Assembly: GCA_965204745.1 (NCBI GenBank)
Contig: OZ242010.1
Span: 3,072,001 to 3,136,000 of the forward strand
DNA length: 64,000 bases
Direction: 5' to 3'
Source of the DNA: Candidatus Latescibacterota bacterium
GTDB taxonomy: Bacteria; Latescibacterota; UBA2968
Shown here: one piece after another, positions 1 through 9,041 of the stretch
How the letters are laid out: every line of letters starts with the position of its first letter
How positions within the stretch are numbered: position 1 is the stretch's first letter
The notes under the pieces: generated by a model
Databases searched by the model: none
The model's input: only the letters and a program-made list of their open reading frames with translations
Told to the model about the DNA's origin: nothing
Translations under genes and position numbers: made by a program

Positions 1-42
1 GTGCTTATTTTGCGGAGATTCGTTGGCGCACGCAAGGATGAC

Positions 43-86
43 GTGGTCAGTTGTCAGTGGTCAGTGGTCAGTAGCCAGTTGTCAGT
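43..86 (+). repeat. Heptamer tandem repeat (AGTGGTC/AGTTGTC family)
   Basis: gtggtcagttgtcagtggtcagtggtcagtagccagttgtcagt; same family at ~2222-2260, 2690-2711, 37094-37117 (reverse complement) and 56675-56702. Confidence 0.85.
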
Positions 87-204
87 CCGCACAACCCAAC
101 CCCAAAAGGCGCGAGCCATGCAAAGTGAAAATGTAGGGGCGGTGCCCCTCGACTTGGGCATTCAAGAGCAGGTGCCGTGCCCGCCCTTAAATTCGGGACG
201 AAAG

Positions 205-939
205 GTGTTGGTTTTTGACGTGGGCAATTCGCGGTTGAAGGCCGCGTTATACGATAATGGTCGCCCAGTTGTGCGGGCGTCTTTGGCTGCGAAGCGGATG
301 GAGATAGGCGCCCTGCTCATGTCGCGTTTTGCCCCGGTGGGAACGCCTGACCGGTGTTTGATCGCGTCTGTGGTGCGCGGCGCAGCAGGGGTGATTCAGC
401 GTGCGGTGCAAGAGGTGTGGGCACTCGCGCCCATCGCGGTGGATGCGGAGATGGATTTGGGGATTGAGATCGCTGTGCCGCGTCCGGATTATGTGGGCAT
501 AGATCGGTTGCTGGAGGCGAGTGAGGCGTTTCGGATCGCGCGAGGGGCCGTGGTCGTCGCGGCGTTTGGCTCTGCGATGACCGTGGATTTGGTGAGCGCG
601 GCGGGCGTTTTTTGCGGGGGAACCATCGCGCCCGGGTTGGGCATGGGATTGCGCGCTTTGCGCGGTGAAACGAGTTTGCTTCCCCGCGTGGCACTCGAAC
701 CGCCGGATTCCGCTGTTGGGACGGATACGGCGTCTTGCATCCGTGCGGGCGTGGTTTATGGCGCCGCTGGCGCGGTTGAGCGGTTGTTCCGGGAATTAGC
801 CCCCGATGGCCGTGCAAGGCTCGTTTTGACCGGCGGCGATGCCGAGTTGATATCGCCATTCATCGCATTGCCCCACCGCGTAGAGGCCGATTTGGTGTTG
901 CGCGCATTGGTTTCTTTAGACCGCAGACTTGTTGGCTAA
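205..939 (+). CDS. coaX: Type III pantothenate kinase
   Basis: DVGNSRLK, GIDR, FGSAMTVD, GGTIAPG and LTGGDA motifs. The ORF-track N-terminus (1-204) is read-through of heptamer and REP-like repeats, so the GTG at 205 is the inferred start. Confidence 0.88.
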   Translation: MLVFDVGNSRLKAALYDNGRPVVRASLAAKRMEIGALLMSRFAPVGTPDRCLIASVVRGAAGVIQRAVQEVWALAPIAVDAEMDLGIEIAVPRPDYVGIDRLLEASEAFRIARGAVVVAAFGSAMTVDLVSAAGVFCGGTIAPGLGMGLRALRGETSLLPRVALEPPDSAVGTDTASCIRAGVVYGAAGAVERLFRELAPDGRARLVLTGGDAELISPFIALPHRVEADLVLRALVSLDRRLVG

Positions 940-953
940 AATGGAGGATTCGC

Positions 954-1991
954 ATGGAAAAACGACAAACCGCCGCGACGACGCGCAAGAAGGACGATCT
1001 GATCGTGATTTGCGGCGCAGGGGGGTTTATCGCCGGCGCCTTGACGCGATACTTTTTCGAGCGGGGATTTACGCGCCTGCGTGCCGTGGATAAGAAACCC
1101 CTGCCCGAATGGTACCAGCGCGTGCCTGGCGTGGAAAATCTGTCTTTGGATTTGAGCGACGAAGCGAATTGCAAACGCGCGGTTGAAGGCGCGGTCGAAG
1201 TCTATAATCTCGCAGCCGATATGGGCGGCATGGGCTTTATCGAGCGGTTTCGGGTCGAATGTTTACGCAGTGTCCTCATCAATACCCACCTGATCGAAGC
1301 GGCTTATTGGGCGGGCGTTGATCGGTATTTTTTTGCGTCATCTGCATGCGCGTACAATACCGAGTTGCAGAAGGACCCGCATGTGCGCGCGCTCAAGGAA
1401 TCGGACGCCTATCCCGCGATGGCCGAGCGCGGGTACGGGTGGGAAAAATTGATCTCGGAGATGTTTTGCCAAGAGTACTGTGAAGAACGCGGCATGAAAA
1501 CCGCAATAGCGCGATTCCACAATGTGTATGGGCCTTATGGCACATGGGATGGCGGACGGGAAAAAGCACCGGCCGCGCTTTGCCGCAAAGCGATTGAAGC
1601 CAAAGACAGCGGCAAACTCGAGATCGACATTTGGGGCGACGGCAACCAAACCCGCAGCTTTATGTACATTGACGATTGCATCAAGGGCGTGGATATGATC
1701 ATGCACAGCGACGATCTGATCGCAACGCCCATCAACCTCGGCTCCAGCGAACTCGTTTCCATCAATGACCTGGTCAGCGTGATCGAAGACATCGCCGATG
1801 TGAAACTCAACCGCACGTATGACCTGACCGCGCCGCAGGGCGTTGCCGGGCGCAACAGCGACAACGCGATGATCGAGAAAGCCCTCAACTGGGAGCCAGA
1901 CACGCCCCTGCGCGACGGCATGGGCAAAACATATACCTGGATCGCCCAACAGTACGCGGACCGCAAAGCGGGCAAGCGCACGGTGAGTTAG
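954..1991 (+). CDS. NAD-dependent sugar-nucleotide epimerase, GDP-mannose 3',5'-epimerase-like
   Basis: GAGGFIA Rossmann motif, LAADMGGMGFI, YGWEK (YxxxK), GREKAPAALCRK, WGDGNQTRSF; GGAGG RBS. Confidence 0.85.
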   Translation: MEKRQTAATTRKKDDLIVICGAGGFIAGALTRYFFERGFTRLRAVDKKPLPEWYQRVPGVENLSLDLSDEANCKRAVEGAVEVYNLAADMGGMGFIERFRVECLRSVLINTHLIEAAYWAGVDRYFFASSACAYNTELQKDPHVRALKESDAYPAMAERGYGWEKLISEMFCQEYCEERGMKTAIARFHNVYGPYGTWDGGREKAPAALCRKAIEAKDSGKLEIDIWGDGNQTRSFMYIDDCIKGVDMIMHSDDLIATPINLGSSELVSINDLVSVIEDIADVKLNRTYDLTAPQGVAGRNSDNAMIEKALNWEPDTPLRDGMGKTYTWIAQQYADRKAGKRTVS

Positions 1992-2002
1992 GCGCGAGAG
2001 GG

Positions 2003-2197
2003 GAGAGGCAAGAGGCGAGAGGTGAAAGGCGGGAGAGGCAAGAGGCGAGAGGCAAGAGGCGAGAGGCAAGAGGCGAGAGGCAAGAGGCGAGAGGCAAGAG
2101 GCGAGAGGCAAGAGGCGAGAGGCAAGAGGCGAGAGGCAAGAGGCGAGAGGCAAGAGGCGAGAGGCAAGAGGCGAGAGGCAAGAGGTAAGAGGCGAGA
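2003..2197 (+). repeat. Tandem repeat (GAGAGGC-AAGAGGC)n: 14-bp unit of two alternating heptamers
   Basis: Near-perfect array seen directly; reverse-complement relatives at ~37138-37238 and ~55225-55265. Confidence 0.95.
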
Positions 2198-2263
2198 AGG
2201 CCACTGCGCTATCCCTCTCAAGTCGTCAGTGGTCAGTAGTCAGTGGTCAGTGGTCAGTTGTTA

Positions 2264-2684
2264 GGTTCTGTTGACATTTACGAGCAAAGCAACTGGCTTG
2301 AGCGGTTTATCAAGAAAATCAAGCCCTATCGCAGAATATGCTCTTGGTTTGAGAAACTGAAACAGTCGCTCCTTATTGGGACCTACCCCCCTAACCCCCC
2401 TTCCTGTGAGGAAGGGGGGAACTGTGAGCGGTTTTGCGAGGGGATTGATGAGGGATATTTAATCGCTTTATGCCCTCGCACAACGCCATCTGAGCAACCA
2501 GAGCGAGAAGCCATCAAAGGGACTTTACTCCCCTTTCCTCGTAGGAAAGGGGCCGGGGGATAGGTCCCCTCGGTCAACGCCATCAGAGCAACCTAAGCCA
2601 TCAAAGGACCAAACGCATTAAATGAGTAAGCAACACAGTTGCTACTCTGTGCGTAACGTCAAAAAATAAAATGTCAACACAACC
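2264..2684 (+). mobile_element. Composite MITE, IS5-family-derived (copy 1)
   Basis: 16-bp TIRs GGTTCTGTTGACATTT / AAATGTCAACACAACC with TTA on both sides. Internal LERFIKKIKPYRRICSWFEKL resembles an IS5/IS427 transposase C-terminus. Internal GC hairpins. Inverted copy at 17387-17821. Confidence 0.8.
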
Positions 2685-2830
2685 TTAGGTGTCAGTCGTC
2701 AGTGGTCAGTCCTCCCAACCCCATTCGTAGGGGCGGTGCCCCCGTGCCCGCTCATCGTCAACCCGGTAGCACAGGCGTAGCCAACGCCGGAGTCCAGTGG
2801 CTTTTTGGTTTTTATTTTTTGGAGTCATTT

Positions 2831-3619
2831 ATGCACACGAACCTAACGAGCGTGATCGGCGAGATGCCCTTTCGCATGGCCTTTGCCGGCGGGTGGATCG
2901 ATCAGCCCTTTGTCTCGCGGCACAACCCATCGCCGCCCGGATCTATGGTGGTGGTCTCGCTCGAACCCACTTGTCGGTTTATGAATCGCTGTGGCATGGC
3001 GACCAGCACCCGAGAGATCGCCATGCGGCTTTGGGGAGACGACGTTCCTCAAGGCAAACCATCTGATCTCGTCAAAGAACTGTACACAGCCGAAAATCAG
3101 GGCAAGGTCGAACCGTCCGGGTCGCAGGACATGATCGGGTTGCTCTATCCGGGGGTGAGCAGGCTCGACTACGATTGTGACTATGAGGGCGGCTATTTCC
3201 CGGTGCATATCGAATCCAACAATGACCCCGAGATCGCGCACTGGCTCGAAGAGGTGATCCACCTGGTGCCCATCGCGCCGCGGCCAGATGGGTACGCGCC
3301 ATTGGGCAAAAAAAATCTCAATCCAAAGTGGATTGAAAACTTGGGGCAGTCCGGCAAAAATTGTTACCGCGCGATCCTCGCCCAAGACGCCCAGGGCTTG
3401 GGCGCGTCTTTGAACGAGTGCATGCGGTGTTGGGAAATCCTGTTGCCACACACGATGCGACACCCCACTATCGAAATCGATCTCATGGGCATTTTGGAAT
3501 ACTACCAATCCCGATACATCGGCGCGATGTATTCGGGTTGCGGCGGCGGCTATATCTACGTCGTTTCCGATGAACCCGTGCCCGGCGCACTCCGCGTCAC
3601 TGTCCGCTATGGGACATAA
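2831..3619 (+). CDS. GHMP-superfamily sugar kinase-like protein
   Basis: PFRMAFAGGWIDQP (motif 1), GSQDM, YSGCGGGY; GGAG RBS before ATG 2831. Confidence 0.65.
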   Translation: MHTNLTSVIGEMPFRMAFAGGWIDQPFVSRHNPSPPGSMVVVSLEPTCRFMNRCGMATSTREIAMRLWGDDVPQGKPSDLVKELYTAENQGKVEPSGSQDMIGLLYPGVSRLDYDCDYEGGYFPVHIESNNDPEIAHWLEEVIHLVPIAPRPDGYAPLGKKNLNPKWIENLGQSGKNCYRAILAQDAQGLGASLNECMRCWEILLPHTMRHPTIEIDLMGILEYYQSRYIGAMYSGCGGGYIYVVSDEPVPGALRVTVRYGT

Positions 3620-3658
3620 CCCTCAATAGGACAAGTCCAAGAAATGTAGGGAAAAGCA

Positions 3659-4783
3659 ATGCCTTATGATATATCACAGGACAGACGAGATTGGTACCGA
3701 AAAATCTCTGCGCGATCCAGACAAAGAAAAAAAGCCGCAATCAACGGTGAATTGCAATACGATCTAAACGGGATCAATGAGCCTAGCCTCAAGCCAAAGA
3801 AACTGATGCCACGACAAAAGCCTCACGGCTTGAGAGCACTTTCTCTTTTTTCTGGTGGTGGCGGTCTTGACCTCGGTTTTGAACGCGCTGGGTTTGAACA
3901 TATTGCCAGTTTTGACATCATGGAAATTTGCGGCACGACACTGCGTCAAAACCGTCCGCAATGGCAGGTTCTCTGCGGCTCAAACGGCGATGTAACAAAA
4001 GCTGATTGGTCAGCATATCGAGGGCGCGTTGATCTCGTTCACGGTGGCCCTCCGTGCCAGCCTTTTTCCATTGCTGGAAAACAGAATGGGAATAAGGATG
4101 ATCGGGATATGTGGCCAGCGTTTATTCACGCTTTGCTGACGCTTCTGCCCGAGGTATTTGTCGCTGAAAATGTTCCCGGCCTGCTCGGGCCAAAATTCAG
4201 GCAATACGTCAATGAGGTCATTCTTGCACCGCTGACACCGCATTACCACATCATAACGTTCAAAGTCGTCGCATCTGACTTCGGCGTGCCGCAAATTAGG
4301 AAACGAGTTATTTTTGTAGGTTTTAGATCACCCAAAGTAGCCAATTTCTACAATATTCCGGAACCGACCCATCTGTCTATGGACAACTTGTTCCATTCTG
4401 GCAACCATACGATGGGGGCGAGGGCTGCATTGGGATTAGAAAACATCGGGTTTGATTGCTTCGCGCCTACCCTGCGATCTGGCTTCACCGGCCCTAGAAA
4501 ATCGACGAGTATCCTCAATAGCAAAGCAAGTCAAAAGGTGTGGGAAGAACTCCAGATTTGGCCTAACGGCGTGCAGAAGTCCAGAGAAGAGGCAATTAGA
4601 TTTCCGCCAGAGAACGGCCATTTCAGGCTTTCTGTCCAAGATTGCGCCCTTCTCCAGGGGTTTCCAAACGATTGGGTCTTTCATGGCGCGACTTACCAAA
4701 TACTCGGGCAAATTGGCAATTCCGTCTGTCCACCCGTAGGTTATGCCATTGCAAAATCCGTATCAGAAGCATTGGAGGTCTAA
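3659..4783 (+). CDS. DNA (cytosine-5) methyltransferase, type II R-M
   Basis: LFSGGGG (I), GGPPCQPFS (IV), ENV (VI), QIRKRV (VIII), QIGNSV (X). Confidence 0.95.
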   Translation: MPYDISQDRRDWYRKISARSRQRKKAAINGELQYDLNGINEPSLKPKKLMPRQKPHGLRALSLFSGGGGLDLGFERAGFEHIASFDIMEICGTTLRQNRPQWQVLCGSNGDVTKADWSAYRGRVDLVHGGPPCQPFSIAGKQNGNKDDRDMWPAFIHALLTLLPEVFVAENVPGLLGPKFRQYVNEVILAPLTPHYHIITFKVVASDFGVPQIRKRVIFVGFRSPKVANFYNIPEPTHLSMDNLFHSGNHTMGARAALGLENIGFDCFAPTLRSGFTGPRKSTSILNSKASQKVWEELQIWPNGVQKSREEAIRFPPENGHFRLSVQDCALLQGFPNDWVFHGATYQILGQIGNSVCPPVGYAIAKSVSEALEV

Positions 4784-5506
4784 ATGGCTGTCCAAGATGA
4801 TCGGCGGGAAAGAGAAATGTGTCAGATCATAGGGCTTAGAAAAGGAAAAGGCCGTTCTGATGTCGATGCTTTTTTTGATTTTGAGTTGCGTGGAAAAGTC
4901 TATTCCGCACCGATAGAACTCAAATCGACGACGAGTCATTCGGTTTCAACAGCGAGAGATGTGGGTCCCTCTCATATATCGAAATGGCGCGCTCGAATAT
5001 GGGTGTTCGGATTTTACAACCCATCTGGCAGAAAGCTACAAAAATTGCTCACACTTGGGCCTGATGATATGGAAGCGTGGATCGGAAAAATCGAGCGTTA
5101 TATGGCACCTGATCTTGCGATAGGAGAACGTATTGCAACCAAACTCACCATTGAAGATCTGCATATTATTTGCGGAGAGAAGCGCGAATACAGCCTGAGT
5201 GATGCACGGGCATTGCACAAGCGACAATGGCGGCAGGCCAAGTATGTTGAGGAGATGGATAATGCAACTGGCTACACGCCATTGAAAATGCTCGAGATAC
5301 TCAAATTGCGAGCCATTTATCTCAACCAACGCGGTTCGACTTTGAACAATCCGCATATACCTAGTTCGTTTTTTCAGCGGTTTAGTGACCGAATGATTGA
5401 CGTAATCCAGAGCGATGTTGCCGAAGTTGCAGACGCGGCACAAAAAAATATCCGCGGCATAGCTAATATTTTTGCACGGTCTCTTATTTTTAAGGATAGC
5501 ACATGA
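4784..5506 (+). CDS. Putative type II restriction endonuclease (PD-(D/E)XK)
   Basis: Directly abuts the MTase stop; SDVDA...IELKS fits PD-(D/E)XK; lower GC like the MTase. Confidence 0.6.
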   Translation: MAVQDDRREREMCQIIGLRKGKGRSDVDAFFDFELRGKVYSAPIELKSTTSHSVSTARDVGPSHISKWRARIWVFGFYNPSGRKLQKLLTLGPDDMEAWIGKIERYMAPDLAIGERIATKLTIEDLHIICGEKREYSLSDARALHKRQWRQAKYVEEMDNATGYTPLKMLEILKLRAIYLNQRGSTLNNPHIPSSFFQRFSDRMIDVIQSDVAEVADAAQKNIRGIANIFARSLIFKDST

Positions 5507-6312
5507 AAACCGTCATTATCTCGGGGCGTTTCGACGACATGCGTGCGTGCGATGTGCGTTTTTTGGAAGAAGCCTCCAAATGCGGATGCGTTCACGCGCT
5601 CGTATGGGGCGATGACCTCATCAAAGCGCGCACCGGAAAAGGTCCCAAGTTTCCCGAAGCAGAACGCCTGTATATGGTCGAGGCGAGTCGCTATGTGCAT
5701 CGCGGAATGCGCGTTGCGGAATGGGCAGACGAGGACGGGTTGCCCCGCGAGGTCCATGCCGATATGTGGGTGGTGCATGAACGCGATCACACCCCGCAAA
5801 AACGCCGCTTTTGCGATTCGCACGACATCGCGTACCGCGTTTTGACCGCGAGCGAGACAATGGGATTTCCCGTTGCTGAAACAGGGATGCCCAAGTCCAA
5901 AAACAAAAAGGTCATCGTCACGGGTTGTTTTGATTGGTTTCACTCTGGGCACATCCGATTTTTTGAGGAAGTGTCCGAGTTGGGCGATCTGTACGTGGTT
6001 GTGGGGCACGATGCCAATGTCCGCTTGCTCAAAGGCGAGGGCCATCCCATGTTCAGCGCGCGAGAACGTTGTTATGTGGTGCAGTCCATCCGCTTTGTGC
6101 GACAGGGCCTCATTTCCTCTGGGCACGGTTGGATGGATGCGGCGCCGGAAATTGCGATAGTCAAACCCGATATTTACGCGGTGAATGAAGATGGCGACAA
6201 GCCGGAAAAACGCGCCTTTTGCCGCGACCACGGCTTGGAATACGTCGTCCTAAAACGCGCGCCCAAAGAGGGCCTGCCCCGCAGGGAAAGCACGATACTG
6301 CGGGGATTTTGA
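5503..6312 (+). CDS. Tandem-domain cytidylyl/adenylyltransferase (RfaE-II/TagD-like)
   Basis: C-terminal domain VTGCFDWFHSGH (HxGH) and REST; degenerate N-terminal copy ISGRFDDMRACD. Confidence 0.8.
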   Translation: MKTVIISGRFDDMRACDVRFLEEASKCGCVHALVWGDDLIKARTGKGPKFPEAERLYMVEASRYVHRGMRVAEWADEDGLPREVHADMWVVHERDHTPQKRRFCDSHDIAYRVLTASETMGFPVAETGMPKSKNKKVIVTGCFDWFHSGHIRFFEEVSELGDLYVVVGHDANVRLLKGEGHPMFSARERCYVVQSIRFVRQGLISSGHGWMDAAPEIAIVKPDIYAVNEDGDKPEKRAFCRDHGLEYVVLKRAPKEGLPRRESTILRGF

Positions 6313-6426
6313 CAGCCTGATGGCAACAGTTCATGCACGTCGCAACCGCGCTATTAACCCTAAAAATGCCCGAGTTCACTGCGAACCCGGGCTTGTGTTT
6401 TGGGCAGTCTATGGAGGCGCACCGCG

Positions 6427-6615
6427 TCAGATATCTCGCCGTACTGGAGGAGCCAAAATTGTTCTGGCACTTTTATTTTGTTTTTGTTTGGCATCTTTCA
6501 GGATGCGATCAATGTCAAAATCCATGGCCTTCGCCAGAGCAACCTTGATCCGTCGCGTTTCTCGGATAACCTCGTCTGTGGTTTGTTCTTTTGTCATCTG
6601 TCTCATAGCAGTCAA
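6427..6615 (-). CDS. Small protein coupled to a PIN gene (putative antitoxin/partner)
   Basis: DEVIRETRRIK-type small ORF overlapping the PIN stop (ATGA). Confidence 0.5.
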   Translation of the reverse strand: MTAMRQMTKEQTTDEVIRETRRIKVALAKAMDFDIDRILKDAKQKQNKSARTILAPPVRRDI

Positions 6616-6840
6616 TCTCCAAATAATTCTTCAGGCGTACAGAGAACTGGCAATTCGCAACCGCAATTGACCACGATTGCCCTGAGTTCTTTCATGAGGG
6701 TTGCATTGGCAATATGTCGGCAATTCCAAGTCAATAGAATGTCGATATTGTGAACAGCAGATACGGCAATATGAACTGCATCACGGATTGCCCTCTGCGG
6801 AAGTAAGCCGGAATCCATGATGGCCTTCGCAATATCAAGG
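6612..6840 (-). pseudogene. PIN-domain (VapC-like) toxin, 5'-truncated
   Basis: DAVHIAVSAVHNIDILLTWNCRHIANA...CTPEEL is a PIN C-terminal half; the N-terminal half is replaced by the divergent PcfJ-like gene. Confidence 0.75.
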
Positions 6841-6848
6841 ATCGCGCA

Positions 6849-8390
6849 ATGGCAACCGTTCTTTCCAATGAGATCGAATCGCATTTCAAAGCACTCGGCG
6901 TGGATTCGGTGGTGGCGTACAAATTGTGGTGCTATCGCCATGGGCTGGACACCGGGCTGGACAAGACCCCGGATCAGCGCGGGACGGAACTCGCCCTCGT
7001 GAAAGCCGAGCGACCCGATCCCGACATCGGCCCGCGACACAATGCCCACCGCGCCGAATTTATCGCGCGCATCTTCAAGGGCGAGCTCAAAAACGAAACG
7101 GTTTCGGATTTGCTCTTTCGCATTCGCGCGATGTACAACAACCTCGACGGGGATCCAGATGCACAGCAGGCACTCGGTCGCCTCGTGCTTCACGTTGAGA
7201 AATACGGCGACTTGATGCGGCCCGCACGCGCTTGCAAACGCTTTGGGCACACGGTTGTCAACACGTACATCGCGGCCCTCGAGCAACTCGCGCGCAACCA
7301 CGCCGATTGGATTCGGCCCGTGGAGGACTGGCGGCCTTATCGTTGGACATATCGGCGGCGCAGCAACAAACCCGCGCGCCAATTCAGACACCTCGCGCGG
7401 CACCTCTTGGCAAAATACGACGTGCCCGAGTTTTTTGACACCGCGTTCCTTCAGGGCAATACCCCACAGGCGCGGCAACAACAAGCGTGGTTCAAACACA
7501 TTGGCCTGGGTCAAAACATCCGCACAGCCGACGTGCCCATGCGGATTACAAAACGCATGGCCCATCTGCTCTTGCAACAGCGCGGCGCGCATCACACTAT
7601 CGTTCAAGCTCTTCGCAAGGTTCAGTACGAAACTTATGGCGGCAACCCGTCATCGGCGCGGGAACTCGCGCACGGGCCTTTGGGCGAGACACTCGATAAC
7701 GAAGATTTTTGGGCAACGGTCGTGCAATTCCTCGCCAATCAGCCCTTTCTCGACCACAGCTACCTCAACCCCATCATCGACTATATTCGCAATCAAAAAT
7801 TCACCCCTCAGCGCGTGCCGCAACCGGATGGCACAGAGGTCGAGGCGCCGCCGCTGCATCCCAATTTTTGCATGAAAGGCCGCAGCATCAACAAGCTCAT
7901 CCGGCAAGTTGACCTGTGGCATCAGGAACTCACGGGCATGGAGGATGTCGAGTTTGAGACGTGGCAATCCTCCGGCTTTCGAGAATTTGAACACGTCTCA
8001 TTGGATCCCGAAATAAGACGCAATATCCAGTGGACGGTTCACGAACTCATCACATCGCAACAACTCTACGCCGAAGGGCGCATCATGCACCATTGCGCGG
8101 GGTCTTATACCAAACGCTGCGCCGCGGGCGAAAAATCCCTCTGGTCACTCCGCGCGCTCGACCTCGACGCGGCAGAAGAACATCAGGTGCGGGAACACGT
8201 TCTCACCATCGAGGTCGATAACAAAAAAAAGGCCGTCGTTCAAAACGCCGGCAAATTCAATCTCAAACCCTTTGGCAAAAAACACATGGCCCAACAACGC
8301 AGGACGGGCAACATCTACCTGCACCTCCTCCGCCAAGCCCCCACCGTCATGCGCCTGTGGATGGACAGAGAAGGCTTGTCGCATGGGTGA
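6849..8390 (+). CDS. PcfJ-like domain protein
   Basis: C-terminal ELITSQQLYAEGRIMHHCAGSY...LWSLR...LTIEV signature. Confidence 0.75.
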   Translation: MATVLSNEIESHFKALGVDSVVAYKLWCYRHGLDTGLDKTPDQRGTELALVKAERPDPDIGPRHNAHRAEFIARIFKGELKNETVSDLLFRIRAMYNNLDGDPDAQQALGRLVLHVEKYGDLMRPARACKRFGHTVVNTYIAALEQLARNHADWIRPVEDWRPYRWTYRRRSNKPARQFRHLARHLLAKYDVPEFFDTAFLQGNTPQARQQQAWFKHIGLGQNIRTADVPMRITKRMAHLLLQQRGAHHTIVQALRKVQYETYGGNPSSARELAHGPLGETLDNEDFWATVVQFLANQPFLDHSYLNPIIDYIRNQKFTPQRVPQPDGTEVEAPPLHPNFCMKGRSINKLIRQVDLWHQELTGMEDVEFETWQSSGFREFEHVSLDPEIRRNIQWTVHELITSQQLYAEGRIMHHCAGSYTKRCAAGEKSLWSLRALDLDAAEEHQVREHVLTIEVDNKKKAVVQNAGKFNLKPFGKKHMAQQRRTGNIYLHLLRQAPTVMRLWMDREGLSHG

Positions 8391-8534
8391 TACGCTTCCC
8401 CCGCTCCACCACTAACCCTGCCGGGTGCGTTCCCAACCCATCGCCGCTCCGCCATGGGCGTGCCCAACCCACCGCTAACCCCGCCGGGTGCGACCTATTA
8501 GAGCGGTTTCATATCTTCTCGCAGAGATGACCGT

Positions 8535-9041
8535 TTAGCCCAAATAAGCATGCGGTTCCTTGTCTGGTTCTCTGGCTTTTAGCTTTTCGTCCTTGGTCCA
8601 AATATGCACTCGCCATGCCGATTCCCGATAGGTGGTGGTGCGTTTTTTGAGTCTGTCGGCTTCGTCAATCAAGGTGCTGTCGCTTAAACCAATGCCTTCG
8701 ATAACATGGTTATCGACAAAACGCACTATCAGTTTTTTGAGGGCACTGAGTTCTTGGGAGGGGATAATCGTCCACGGTACTGCTTTGTCGAGGCTAGACA
8801 GGATGTCATTTCGCAATTTCTTGGCCAATGACCGCCGTGCATTGCCATTAGAGACACCAGCGATGTGGTTGGCTAGTTCGTAGATGGACGGCACAGTAAC
8901 GTACAGCCGTGCGCCCTGTTTGACTGCGTCTTTGAAGCGGCTTCTTATCTCATCAACTGCTTCTTGGGTGGAGTGACCCGGAACAGCGTACAGTTCCAGC
9001 AAGTAGCTCGTATCGATCACGTAAACCGGCTGTGCTTTCAT
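8535..9041 (-). CDS. PIN-domain protein
   Basis: VIDTSYLLE, YELANH, GLSDSTLI, IWTKD acidic PIN residues; ATGA overlap with the upstream ATPase. Confidence 0.7.
   Translation of the reverse strand: MKAQPVYVIDTSYLLELYAVPGHSTQEAVDEIRSRFKDAVKQGARLYVTVPSIYELANHIAGVSNGNARRSLAKKLRNDILSSLDKAVPWTIIPSQELSALKKLIVRFVDNHVIEGIGLSDSTLIDEADRLKKRTTTYRESAWRVHIWTKDEKLKAREPDKEPHAYLG

Noticed and set aside
1-204. N-terminal extension of CoaX
   Set aside because: Consists of heptamer and REP-like repeats read in frame; the kinase fold starts at about 205.
1338-2264. ORFs with LASCLSP / EARGKRR repeats
   Set aside because: Translations of the 14-bp tandem repeat, partly antisense to the epimerase.
2243-2583. ORFs inside the MITE (also 45484-45684)
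   Set aside because: Only ~20 codons resemble a transposase; the rest is repeat sequence.
8400-8520. Short direct repeats and an IS-end-like tagagcggtttc between convergent genes
   Set aside because: Two imperfect copies only, no partner end or transposase; too weak to call.
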